Below are positions 31,940 through 42,005 of a stretch of DNA of 64,000 bases, one piece after another. Source of the DNA: an uncultured Verrucomicrobiae bacterium (GTDB taxonomy: Bacteria; Verrucomicrobiota; Verrucomicrobiia; Chthoniobacterales; Terrimicrobiaceae). A model generated the notes under the pieces. That model was not told the DNA's origin. It saw nothing but the letters and a program-made list of their open reading frames with translations, and ran no database searches. Each line of letters starts with the position of its first letter. The stretch's first letter is position 1. The stretch lies in NCBI GenBank assembly GCA_963706955.1, contig CAVPOC010000004.1, forward strand, positions 32,001 through 96,000, in the 5' to 3' direction. Position numbers and translations under genes: made by a program.

Positions 31940-32044
31940 CACTCTATCCAAGTTTGGCTCGCCTCATGCCAAATGGCAAATCTCGCAATTAGAGCACCCT
32001 TCCAGCATTTCTGAAAACTCTCGGCTGCTGAATTGTTGTACGGC

Positions 32045-32065
32045 GGCAGCGTCCCCGCCGCTGCC
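32045..32065. repeat. GC-rich palindrome resembling the element at 17725
   Basis: GGCAGCG-TCCCCGC-CGCTGCC in a divergent intergenic region; shares the GGCGG...GTCCCC...CCGC pattern. Confidence 0.35.
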
Positions 32066-32187
32066 AGACCCGCTCCGCGATCGTTTACCGAAGTCTTTAT
32101 GGAGAGTTGCTCGGAGAATATCCCCACTGCCGAGCCTGAGGAGACTCATTGCCAGCGCTCACTTCATTGTCTATGGAAGGGGCCGAT

Positions 32188-33711
32188 ATGCAGGAGAAAT
32201 TTGATGTCGCGGTGATCGGCGGCGCATTTTCCGGCGCAGCGACGGCTCTGCTTCTCCGGCGCGAGGCTCCGGAACTGAGCGTGGCGATTATCGAGCGCTC
32301 AGCGCATTTTGACCGCAAAGTCGGCGAAGCGACTACCGAGGTCAGCGGCTGCTTTCTTACGAAACGCCTCGCGCTCACACATCACCTTTGCCATCACCAT
32401 GTCGCCAAGAATGGGCTGCGGTTCTGGTTTTCTCGTGGACCGGAGGATGAGTTCGACCGCTGCAGCGAAATCGGCGCCTTCTATCAGGTGCGTCTACCAT
32501 CTTACCAAGTCGACCGTGAAGTCCTGGATGAGCATGTCCTCACCCTGGCGTGCGAAGCAGGCGCCCGTCTCTTCCGGCCCGCCAAGCTTACTTCGCTTGA
32601 ATTGTCAGATACCGGATTTTCCGAACTTACAATTCGCGACAGCTGCGGGGAGCGCCAGCTGTTCGCCCGCTGGGTGATCGACGCAAGCGGCCGGAGCTGC
32701 ATTGCTCGCCCGGAAGATGGGAGTGTCTGCGTCCAGTGCCCGAACATCCGACCAATGCGATTTGGGCGCGCTTTCGCAACGTCAAGGACTGGGATGGCTA
32801 CGATCTGATGAGCCGCTTTCCACGTTATGCCGGTTCTTGTCAGGTCAGCCGTGCTTCTGCCACCAACCACCTCACCGGATACGGTTGGTGGTGCTGGATC
32901 ATCCCGCTGCGCGGCGGTGATTTCAGTGCCGGCCTCGTCTACGATTCTCGGCTTTATACGCCGCCCGAAGGCGCCCGCTTGGGCGATCGACTGAAGGCCC
33001 ACCTGCTCACGCATCCGGTCGGCCGGGAGATTTTTATGGATGCCGAATACATCGAAGGCGACGTCAAGGCCTACTCGATGCTGCCTTACTATGCCGAGCG
33101 GATTGCGGGTCCTCGCTGGCAGATTAGTCGGAGACGCTGCCTCCTTCATGGACCCCCTCTATAGTCAAGGTTTGGATTATTGCTCATGGACCGTTTCGGT
33201 TGCCGTGGATCGCATCGTGCGAGAGAGCCAGGGAGAGCATTGCGACGTGGAGAATCTTAATGTGCGATTTGCGCGGTCGTACCGAGGCTGGTTCGAAGCA
33301 TTGTACAAGGACAAGTATTATTACTTGGGCGACAAGGAACTGATGACCGCAGCCTTTCTGATGGACCTAGGCCTGTTCTTTTTCGGACCCGTCCGCAGCG
33401 TGGTTCGCTGCCCCAAGTCAGGGTTTTCTCAATTTCCTTTCGAGGGTTCGTTCGACGGCGTGGTCGTCCGGCGGCTGATGGCGTTTTACAATCGCCGCCT
33501 GGCGCGGATCGCCCAGAAGAGGCATGCAGCCGGAGTCTACGGCTCGATGAACTTGGATTCGCGGACATTGTTGAAGGGTTTCGAACCGACTCGACACGTT
33601 TGGAAGCTGATCCTGCGGGGCGTTCGCACATGGTTGCGTGCCGAGTTGCGGAGTCTGCCGTTACGCTCGAGCCAGGCCGCGCCCCTGGCCTGCCCTGCTC
33701 CGTCACTCTGA
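32188..33711 (+). CDS. Flavin-dependent halogenase-family protein (two frameshifts, near 32710 and 33120)
   Basis: FAD motif 'VIGGAFSG', 'KVGEAT', Lys74 in 'KNGLRFWF', 'WCWIIP' (WxWxIP) and 'GDAASFMDPLYSQG'. Confidence 0.8.
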
Positions 33712-33712
33712 G

Positions 33713-35257
33713 ATGGCCTATTCGTCTTTCGGAGACTTCGTCCAGGCACTGGACAGGGCTGGCGAGCTGATACGTGTCCGCGAGCCAGTGGCGACGGAAC
33801 TCGAGATTACCGAGTTAGCCAATCGCCAGATGAAGGCGCCTGCGGGTGGGAAAGCCCTCTTGATCGAAAAACCGACGGTCAACGGGCAAGTTAGTCCGTT
33901 TCCGGTCGCGATAAATACGATGGGTTCGTGGAAGCGCATGGCGATGAGCATGGGCGCAGAGTCGGTGGACGATGTCGCCGCCGAGTTGGGGACCTCATCA
34001 AGGCCAAACCACCGACCAGCTTTCGCGAAGCCCTCAAATTGTTGGGCACCGCCATCGAGATGCGTCACGCCAAACCCAAGCGAGTGACCACCGGTCCCTG
34101 CAAGGAGATCATGCATAGAATCGAAAGCCCGGCATTGACCAGTGGCTGGCCACCTGCACCGGATTGGAAAAATCCCGCGCAGTTCGATCCTCATCCTCCG
34201 ACGCTTCTCGATTTACCCATCCTCAAGTGCTGGCCGCTCGACGGTGGGCGCTTTATTACGCTGCCCTGTGTAGTCACTCAGGATCCCGATACCGGTGAGC
34301 GCAACGTCGGGATGTATCGCATCCAAGTCTATGACCCGCACAGTACGGGCATGCACTGGCAGTTGCAAAAAGTAGGCGCACGGCACGGCCGGAGGTACTA
34401 CGAGACAGGCACGCGCATGCCGGTGGCGATCTTTCTTGGCGGCGATCCAGTCTTCCCCTTTGCCGCCACGGCCCCTCTTCCCGATGGCCTCGATGAATTC
34501 CTGCTGGCCGGCTACCTGCGAAAAAAATCGATCGAGCTCGTCAAATGCGAAACCAGCGACCTCGAAGTTCCCGCCAATGCCGACTTTGTTATCGAAGGTT
34601 ACGTCGATCCACGAGAGCCTCTGCGAGAGGAAGGTCCGTTCGGCGATCACACTGGCTACTACACGCTTCCCGAGCCATACCCGGTATTCCACATCACTGC
34701 GATTACCCATCGCCGCGACGCCGTCTATCCGGCCACAATCGTGGGGATTCCTCCGATGGAAGACTTCTATATGGGCAGCGCGTCGGTGAAACTTTTTCTG
34801 CCGATCTTCAAGATGAATTTCCCGGAGATCGTCGACATCGCCTTACCAGCCGAAGGTGTTTTTCACAACCTTGTCTTCGTAAGCATCAAAGAAGACCTAT
34901 CCGATGCAGGCCTATAAGATCATGCACGGACTTTGGGGAATGGGGCAGATGATGTTCACCAAATACCTTGTCGTGGTAGATCATGACGTGAACGTGCATA
35001 ATACCAGCGACGTCCTCTTTCGCCTGTGCGCCAATACCGACCCGCAGCGCGACAGCATCCTCACGAAAGGACCCGCCGACGTGCTCGATCACGCAACTAG
35101 CGAGATCGCGGTCGGCGGCAAACTCGGGATCGACGCAACAAAAAAGCTCGCGGGTGAAGGTTTTAACCGCAACTGGCCCCCACTCATCACCATGGAGGAA
35201 TCGGTTTCGGAACGAGTCGATAGCCTCTTAAAAAATAGGAATGGCTCAAGTTCGTGA
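33713..35257 (+). CDS. UbiD-family (menaquinone biosynthesis-type) decarboxylase, frameshifted near 33990 and 34890
   Basis: 'LPILKCWPLDGGRFIT', 'RNVGMYRIQ', 'EGPFGDHTGYY', 'GMGQMMFTK' and 'GKLGIDAT'. Confidence 0.92.
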
Positions 35258-35400
35258 ATAACCACAGCGATAAAGAGTTCCAAATGTTTTTTACAGTCCG
35301 AAGCGTTCGGAAGGATCCACTGGAAATGTCCTGTGGCGCTGGCCGCGAAGTTGCTTGCGGCAACAAGAACGGCCGACTGGAAGCAGCCAAGTGTTTCTGA

Positions 35401-36060
35401 ATGGCATAGAGGAGGGATCGCGCGGCGCCCGATAAAAGCGCGGAATACGCGATGGGCGTCGCGAGTGGCAAGCATGGTTGGAGTCGACGTTGGCGTTCGA
35501 CCAAACACAATCTCGGTCACGAGTGTGTTCTTTGCGGGCGCAGTCGGTCTTTGCCTCGTCTTGACGGAGGCGTCGCGGGCGGTTTGCGCGGGCTGCTCTT
35601 CTTGATGAGCGGCGTCCTGATCCAGATGCGCCTCCTTTGTAATCTTTTGACGGGATGGTGGCGGTCGAAGGCGGAAACAAGACCAAGTCTGGCGAAATCT
35701 ACAACGAACTGCCTGACCGGTTGGCAGATGTTTTCATCCTTGTCGGAGCGGGAAACGCTTGGATGCGCGTGGACTGGGGACCTCTCCTTGGCTGGCTTTG
35801 CGCCGTCCTGGCTCTGCTGACTGCTTACGTGCGAGCGTTGGGTGCAGCAGCAGGAGCTTCGCAGCAGTTCTGTGGTCCCATGGCGAAGCAGCAGCGAATG
35901 GCGTTAATGACTTTCGCCTGCATTGTCTCCGCATTTCTCAGTTGGTCCAACCTCCACTGGCCCCTTGTTGCCGCGACCCTTACTCTTGATCGGCGCCGGG
36001 ACGGCGATCACCATCGTGCGCAGGCTCCTTCGGATCGTCCGTGAACTGGAACAGAGGTGA
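35401..36060 (+). CDS. CDP-alcohol phosphatidyltransferase family protein (YnbA-like), several frameshifts
   Basis: 'RRPIKARNTRWA', 'RLLCNLL-DG-MVAVEG', 'YNELPDRLAD' and 'GPMAKQQRM'; GTGA overlap with the next gene. Confidence 0.82.
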
Positions 36061-36656
36061 AATCTTTAGTTGCTTCTCTTATATGCCTTCTGTCCGGACT
36101 GCGAGCCCGCTGGGTGGGGACCGATCCTGTAGACAGGCAGCGTGTCTATTTCGCCAATCATACGAGTAACCTCGATGCCGCCGTGTTGTGGGCCAGTCTG
36201 CCTGTTTCCATCAGGGAAAAGACACGACCGGTTGCCGCCAAAGATTACTGGACGGGGAGTGCGCTGCGGCGTTGGCTCGCCAATGAAGTCTTTCGCGCTC
36301 TCTTGATTGAGCGTCGGAAAGTCACCGCAGAGAACAACCCCTTGCGCGAGATGATCGCGGTTTTGGATGCTGGTGAGTCACTCATCATTTTCCCCGAAGG
36401 TGGGCGATTTCCCGGTCCCGAGCCGCAGAAGTTTAAGTCTGGACTTTTCCATCTAGCGAAGGACCGCCCGGAGGTGGAACTGGTTCCCGTCTATCTGGAG
36501 AACCTGAATCGCATCCTGCCCAAGGGTCAACTGCTACCGGTCCCTTTGCTCGGCAGCATTACCGTCGGTCGGCCGATACGACTCGAGTCCCGGGAGGCGA
36601 AGATCGCTTTTCTGGATCGCGCACGTGACGCTGTTTGGAGTTTGCATCTTTCATGA
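36057..36656 (+). CDS. Lysophospholipid acyltransferase
   Basis: 'NHTSNLD', 'PVAAKDYW', 'IFPEGGR' and 'FKSGLFHL'. Confidence 0.9.
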   Translation: MKSLVASLICLLSGLRARWVGTDPVDRQRVYFANHTSNLDAAVLWASLPVSIREKTRPVAAKDYWTGSALRRWLANEVFRALLIERRKVTAENNPLREMIAVLDAGESLIIFPEGGRFPGPEPQKFKSGLFHLAKDRPEVELVPVYLENLNRILPKGQLLPVPLLGSITVGRPIRLESREAKIAFLDRARDAVWSLHLS

Positions 36657-37600
36657 CGGCCGGGTTTGACGCTGAAACGGCGATCCTCGTGGGCGGCGTC
36701 ATTGTCGTGCTTCTGTTCGCTAGCATCATCGGTCGGATTCTCGCCCGCCGGCCTGGTGGCTTGGAATTCCAGTCAACGATCGCGAATTTGAACGCACGGA
36801 CTCGGGCGTGGTGGGTGATGGTCGCGATCTTTCTTCTGGCCATGCTGAGCGGCGGCCTGGGCTCGGTTGTTTTGTTTGGTCTAACTTCATTTCTGGCGCT
36901 TCGCGAGTTCGTTACCATGGCGCCAACAAAGCTTGGTGATCATGGCACGCTCCTTTGGGTTTTCTTCGTAATAACTCCTATCCAATATGCTTTGGTTGCC
37001 GTCAATTGGTATGGACTCTTCTCCATCTTCATTCCTGTTTACGCCTTCTTGTTTGTTCCTTTACGCAGCGTCTTGAGCGGCGATTGCGAGCGTTTTCTGG
37101 AGCGGACGGCGACAATTCAGTGGGCGCTCATGGTCTGCGTATATTGCGTCAGTCATGCCCCGGCCTTAATGACCCTGAGAATTCCGGGGTTTGCAGGTCA
37201 AAACGGCAAGTTGCTTTTCTTTTTCGTTTTGGTCGTCCAGGCGAGCGACGTGCTCCAATACATTTGGGGAAAGATTGTCGGCCGTCACAAAATCGCTCCC
37301 ACGGTGAGCCCGAGCAAAACGTGGGAAGGGTTCATTGGCGGCGTGGCGTCGGCGACGTTGCTCGGGACAGCCTTATGGTGGGCGACGCCCTTCACCCTTT
37401 GGCAAGCCGCGGCCATGTCGTTGCTCATAACCCTGATGGGATTTGTCGGTGGGTTGGTGATGTCGGCGATTAAGCGGGATCGAGGCGTTAAGGACTATGG
37501 AACACTGATCGCCGGCCACGGAGGAGTCATGGACCGCATCGACTCGCTTTGCTTCTCAGCTCCGGTCTTTTTTCATGTCACCCGCTTCTTTTTCACATGA
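36653..37600 (+). CDS. Phosphatidate cytidylyltransferase (YnbB-like)
   Basis: 'SDVLQYIWGK', 'SPSKTWEG' and 'SAIKRDRGVKDYGTLIAGHGGVMDRIDS'. Confidence 0.92.
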   Translation: MTAGFDAETAILVGGVIVVLLFASIIGRILARRPGGLEFQSTIANLNARTRAWWVMVAIFLLAMLSGGLGSVVLFGLTSFLALREFVTMAPTKLGDHGTLLWVFFVITPIQYALVAVNWYGLFSIFIPVYAFLFVPLRSVLSGDCERFLERTATIQWALMVCVYCVSHAPALMTLRIPGFAGQNGKLLFFFVLVVQASDVLQYIWGKIVGRHKIAPTVSPSKTWEGFIGGVASATLLGTALWWATPFTLWQAAAMSLLITLMGFVGGLVMSAIKRDRGVKDYGTLIAGHGGVMDRIDSLCFSAPVFFHVTRFFFT

Positions 37601-37716
37601 GGTTATCGCGTGAGCAAGGGCGCGAAAAATTTGCGGAGGATGTGCGCGGCCGCCAACTACCTGCCGGCCGGGCAAGACAAAACCAACCGCAGCGCTCGGA
37701 CAGAATTCGGAGATTA

Positions 37717-38242
37717 TCACGCTGATTGAGCGATCTGCTCCTGAACGGCCTTTAGGCGATCGTAGAGTGGCATGAGGCCTTCCGGAATGATGCGCACGCC
37801 GCCGACAACTGTCATGAAGTTTGCGTCGCCTGTCCAGCGTGGAACTATGTGAAGGTGAAGGTGATCATGCACTCCAGCCCCGGCGGGTTTTCCGAGATTC
37901 CAGCCGATGTTGAAGCCCTGGGCCTTGACGCACTCCCTGAGCAGTCGCTGTGCATGAATGCATAATTGCCAGAGTTCAAGCACTTCGCTGATCGGTGAGT
38001 TCCGCCATCTCCGACACTTTGCGGTATGTCACCGCCATGAGGTGACCGGCGGAATAGGGATATTTGTTCATCAGGAGAAACGTGGATTTTCGTCGCGTGA
38101 CTACAAGATGAGCTGCATCGTCGTCGCTCTGCGCAGCTTCGCTTAGAAAGTCACTCCTGGCCTGATGCTCGGCTTGGAAGTATTCGACCCGCCATGGTGC
38201 CCACAGCGATTCGAGGTGATTTTTCGGGAAAGAATCGTTCAT
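37717..38242 (-). CDS. HIT-family hydrolase (frameshift near 37985)
   Basis: 'LWAPWRVEY', 'NKYPYSAGHLM' and 'GFNIGWNLG..AGAGV..HLHLHIVPRWTGDANFM'. Confidence 0.9.
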
Positions 38243-39000
38243 GACACGGTCTTGATCATGTGGGTTCGAGCGCTGTCCGCTTTGCCCTCGATGGAGATTT
38301 GACCGATCGGTTCGAAGGGAAAGCGACTGCGTGCGGCGACGTCGGAATGTCCGCTCACGAGAATGTCGGCGCGGTCGCGAGTAGCTCCCTGGTGGCGCGA
38401 GGCAAGATTGATCGACTGGCCGATGGAGATAAGCTCCATTCGTTCTTTGGAGCCGATTTTACCGACAATGGCGCGTCCGGTATTGATCCGAAGCGAGGTC
38501 ATGGCATCGCGGGCTTCGTTTTCGGATTTAACCCATCTTGCCTGGAGATCGTTCAAAGCCGTGCGCATCTCCAAGGCGGCTCGCACGGCATGCTCCTCCT
38601 GAGATTCACCGCCGCGCAAGGCTCCGAAAGATCCCATGAGCTCGTCACCCATGAATCTGTTCAGGGGTCCAAAGTTTTTGAAGACTGCCTCGGTCATCTG
38701 GTCAAGAATTCGTTAAGCATCGCCACAGTTTCCCCAGGACTCAACTGTTGAGAAGGTTGTAAATCCACCGACGTCGGCAAACAGGGCGGTGACCTTCTTT
38801 CGGTGGCTGTAGTGACTGCTTTGCCGCGTGACCGATTTCATTTGAGGGTATCCTCCGAAAGATAGCGCGCCAGCGCCAGAAAAGCCGCGGCATCCGTCGG
38901 TCATAAAGGCAGCCATGAACGCTGCGAAGACCGCCACGACCAGCAAGAGAGTGAAGACCTTTGTTCGAAAGCGATCCCAAGTTTCGGCGTAAGAATCCAC
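38239..39000 (-). pseudogene. Degenerate class III adenylate/guanylate cyclase with one TM segment
   Basis: 'KVTALFADVGGFTTFS', 'RFMGDELM', 'AVRAALEM' and 'INTGRAIVGKIGSKERMELISIGQSINLASRHQG'; indels near 38710-38750 plus several off-consensus residues. Confidence 0.65.
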
Positions 39001-39026
39001 GTAAACTTCTGAACTCTGCGATATTA

Positions 39027-40183
39027 TCAGAGCGCCGCCAGGATCGCTTGCGAGGCACGGAGAGCTGCGCCATCGGCCTCCAAAGTCGATACAATCTCGT
39101 GGACCTCTGCTGACGAGGTTCGCACGTGCCATGGGATCGTTGAGAAGACGGAGGGTTTCTCGCTGCCAGAGCTTCGGGTGTGGCGAGATGCTGGATGAAC
39201 TCACGAATTACGTGCGGTGCGGGCTGAGCTGGCAGTCGGGAATCAGCCGGAGGATTTTGTTTATAGTTGTTGAGGATATTAATGATGCCCAGACAATCGA
39301 CATCCACGACACGGCGACCGACCTCAAAAGTTAGCCAGGCGACACGATAGACAAGACAATACGGGAGACCAAAGAAGGCAGCCTCGAGTGTCGCCGTCCC
39401 GGAACATACCATACCCACACAGGCGCGCTGCATCAGCTGATGCGCGGTTCCAGTTCGAACCGCAATCGGGAGATCTCCGGCGAGCTGTTTCATCCGCCTG
39501 GCATGAGGCTCACTTGCCGCAGCCGCCTCAAAGCGAACATCCGGCCGTGCTTGTTGGATGAGACGGCCGGCTTCGACCATCGTCGGGAAGATGCGTTTCA
39601 CCTCCCTTTCTCGACTTCCGGGGAAGAGCCCGACGAGGTCACCTTCGCGATTGATGCTAATCTTTTCCTTGGCGAGCGCCTCCAGCAGGGGATGTCCTGC
39701 AAAGACCGTGTGAAGTCCGCTCGCTTCGTACATCGGTTTCTCGAAAGGAAACACGCAAACCATCAGATCAAGCAGGCGCGCCATTTCGGGGATGCGCCCG
39801 CGATTCCAGGCCCACACTTGAGGGCTGATATAGTAGAGGATCTTGCCGGGGAAGTGGCGATTCCGCAGCGCCTTCGCCAGACGCACATTAAATCCCGGAT
39901 AGTCCACAAGGACAACCGCGGCCGGCCTGAGTTCCTCGATTCGCTCCAGCATGCGATAAAACTTTCTTCGAAAGTATCGATAGTGCTTGAGGACGTCCCA
40001 AAGTCCAAGGACGCCTGCTTCCGCAATCCAATTGTCGAACGGTTCGGCGGACAATGCTTGCATATTGGGACCGCCTGCGCCGACGAATCGCAGATTCGGC
40101 TCGAGCGAATGCAGCGCTCTCATCAGTTCGGCGGCACGGGCGTCGCCGCTGGCCTCCCCGGCAACGAACCACAAGGTGGTCAT
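39027..40183 (-). CDS. lpxB: Lipid-A-disaccharide synthase (frameshifts in the last ~50 codons)
   Basis: 'VAGEASGD', 'VDYPGFN', 'YYISPQVWAW', 'FPFEK', 'PGSREREV' and 'SGTATLE'; terminal frame '...GAALRASQAILAAL*' ends at 39027. Confidence 0.94.
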
Positions 40184-41142
40184 GCGAGGGTTTGCGTGGT
40201 CTTTTTACGAGGATCGGCCTCTTCGATGCGTCGAGTTATTTCCAAGGCGATGTCGAGCGCGTCGGCGGCCTCGTGACCGGAAACTTTGGGTTTGGCCCCG
40301 TCGTGGGCGCACTGGATGAAAGCCTCGAGTTCTATTCTGAGAGGTTCGCCGCGCCGAATCTCAACTTTTTCCCGCACGATCTCCTTGCCCTTGAGTCCAT
40401 CGCGAAGGCCATACATCACCCCATCCTGTTTTTGATAATCGAGAGAAAGATAGGCGTTCTCTTGAAAGACGCGGATCTTTCGGACCGTGTCGCGGCTGAT
40501 GCGGCTCGCGGTGACATTGGCCACGCAGCCGCTCTCGAAGTGAAAGCGAACGTTTGCGATATCTTCGCCTTTGCTAAGAACAGCTATCCCCACCGGGTCC
40601 ATGCTGACGATTGGCGAGCGAACAATATGCAGGATGATCTCGATATCATGGATCATCAGGTCGAGAACGACTCCGATATCAGTGCTCCTGTTTGGGTAAG
40701 GCGAGAGGCGGGTAACTTCGAGGAAACGAGGATTGTTGAGCTTGTCCTCCAATGCGACGAGCACTGGATTGAACCGCTCAATGTGTCCTACCTGGAGCAC
40801 GCAGGAGCGACTCGCGGCGAGTGCGGCGAGAGCGCGCGCCTGGGTGGGCGTCTCGGCAATCGGTTTCTCGATGAGCAGGTGTTTACCTTGCTCCAGCAGG
40901 TAGGCCCCGATCTCATAATGAGTGACCGTCGGCGTACAAATGGTCGCTGCATCGACAAGCCGGGCAAACTCTTCCAGCGAGTGAGCCGCGTAGGTGTGGT
41001 ATTTCTTCGCGACGCGTTGCGCTACATCCTGGTTCCGATCAAAGACCGCCGACAAGCTGCAGGACTCGAGCTCTCGATAAACGCGGGCATGATTCACGCC
41101 CATATGGCCAACACCGACAACCCCCGTGCGAAGAAGATTCAT
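40180..41142 (-). CDS. Gfo/Idh/MocA oxidoreductase, probable UDP-GlcNAc 3-dehydrogenase (GnnA-like)
   Basis: 'GVGHMG', 'IEKP', 'QVGHIERFNP' and 'VVLDLMIHDI'; lies between lpxI and lpxB with ATGA overlaps. Confidence 0.85.
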   Translation of the reverse strand: MNLLRTGVVGVGHMGVNHARVYRELESCSLSAVFDRNQDVAQRVAKKYHTYAAHSLEEFARLVDAATICTPTVTHYEIGAYLLEQGKHLLIEKPIAETPTQARALAALAASRSCVLQVGHIERFNPVLVALEDKLNNPRFLEVTRLSPYPNRSTDIGVVLDLMIHDIEIILHIVRSPIVSMDPVGIAVLSKGEDIANVRFHFESGCVANVTASRISRDTVRKIRVFQENAYLSLDYQKQDGVMYGLRDGLKGKEIVREKVEIRRGEPLRIELEAFIQCAHDGAKPKVSGHEAADALDIALEITRRIEEADPRKKTTQTLA

Positions 41143-41990
41143 CTGGAAATTCCGTAGAGTGTCACGCCTGCGTCCTGGGCGGCCCGACAAACGGCAGGAC
41201 TATCCAGGAGCAGGGTTCGGTTTGCTTCACAGGCAATTGCTTTGATTCTAGCTTCGCGGGCGACTTCGATGGTGGTTTCACCGATCACGGGAACATCGAA
41301 GCGCATGTCCTGATTCGGCTTCGTCACCTTCACCAATATCGCGCCCTTGCCTCCGAGGCTTCCCCCGCGACGAAGGCAATCATTCGTGCCTTCAAATGCC
41401 TCGACGGCGAGAACAGTGCCCGATTTGACAACCACACTTTGGCCGATATCCAAACGGCTGATTTCCTTGGCGGTGTCGAATCCAAAATGCATGTCGTCGA
41501 TGTCCCTTTGTTTGAGGTTGGGGCCCGCCATGTGGCCCGGGCGAGCGACGTGATCCTCGAGAAAGGTCATGGCATTGAGCAGCTCGAGCCCGATGCTGGC
41601 GAGTTGATTGGCGACTTCACCAAAGAGCGTCTCGGCATTGCGTCGCCTCAATCTTGCCAGCAGGATCAAGGCGCGAAAGTCAGGACGCAGATCGAAGAGG
41701 TTTGCCGGCGCAAGTTGGCCGGCCATCATCGCATGGCGCGCGCCCGATTTCCGGGCCGCTTCGAGTAGCTTGCCAAGCTGACCGACGCGCAACCAATGCA
41801 CCTCGTCGGCTCTGGCGCTCGTCGTCGGAGGGGTTTCGCCCTCGAATGCCGCGACGGAGATCCTTTTCACTCCCGAGGCGCGGGCCGATTCTATCAAGAG
41901 AGAAGGATAGCGACCTCCTCCGGCGATGAGAAATAGGGTTTCGGGTATGGTCAACGGGTGTTCTTTACTTGCCCTGTCCCCGGCTGACAA
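41139..41990 (-). CDS. lpxI: UDP-2,3-diacylglucosamine diphosphatase LpxI
   Basis: 'LIAGGGRYP', 'DIGQSVVV', 'VEAFEGT' and 'KPNQDMRFDVPVIG'. Confidence 0.92.
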   Translation of the reverse strand: MSAGDRASKEHPLTIPETLFLIAGGGRYPSLLIESARASGVKRISVAAFEGETPPTTSARADEVHWLRVGQLGKLLEAARKSGARHAMMAGQLAPANLFDLRPDFRALILLARLRRRNAETLFGEVANQLASIGLELLNAMTFLEDHVARPGHMAGPNLKQRDIDDMHFGFDTAKEISRLDIGQSVVVKSGTVLAVEAFEGTNDCLRRGGSLGGKGAILVKVTKPNQDMRFDVPVIGETTIEVAREARIKAIACEANRTLLLDSPAVCRAAQDAGVTLYGISR

Positions 41991-42005
41991 GCGATCGGGC
42001 TACGA

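Noticed and set aside
10259..39200. Programmed frameshifting or an alternative genetic code explaining the split genes
   Set aside because: Breaks are frame changes at unrelated sequence contexts, not in-frame stops or shared slippery sites; all three stop codons end intact genes
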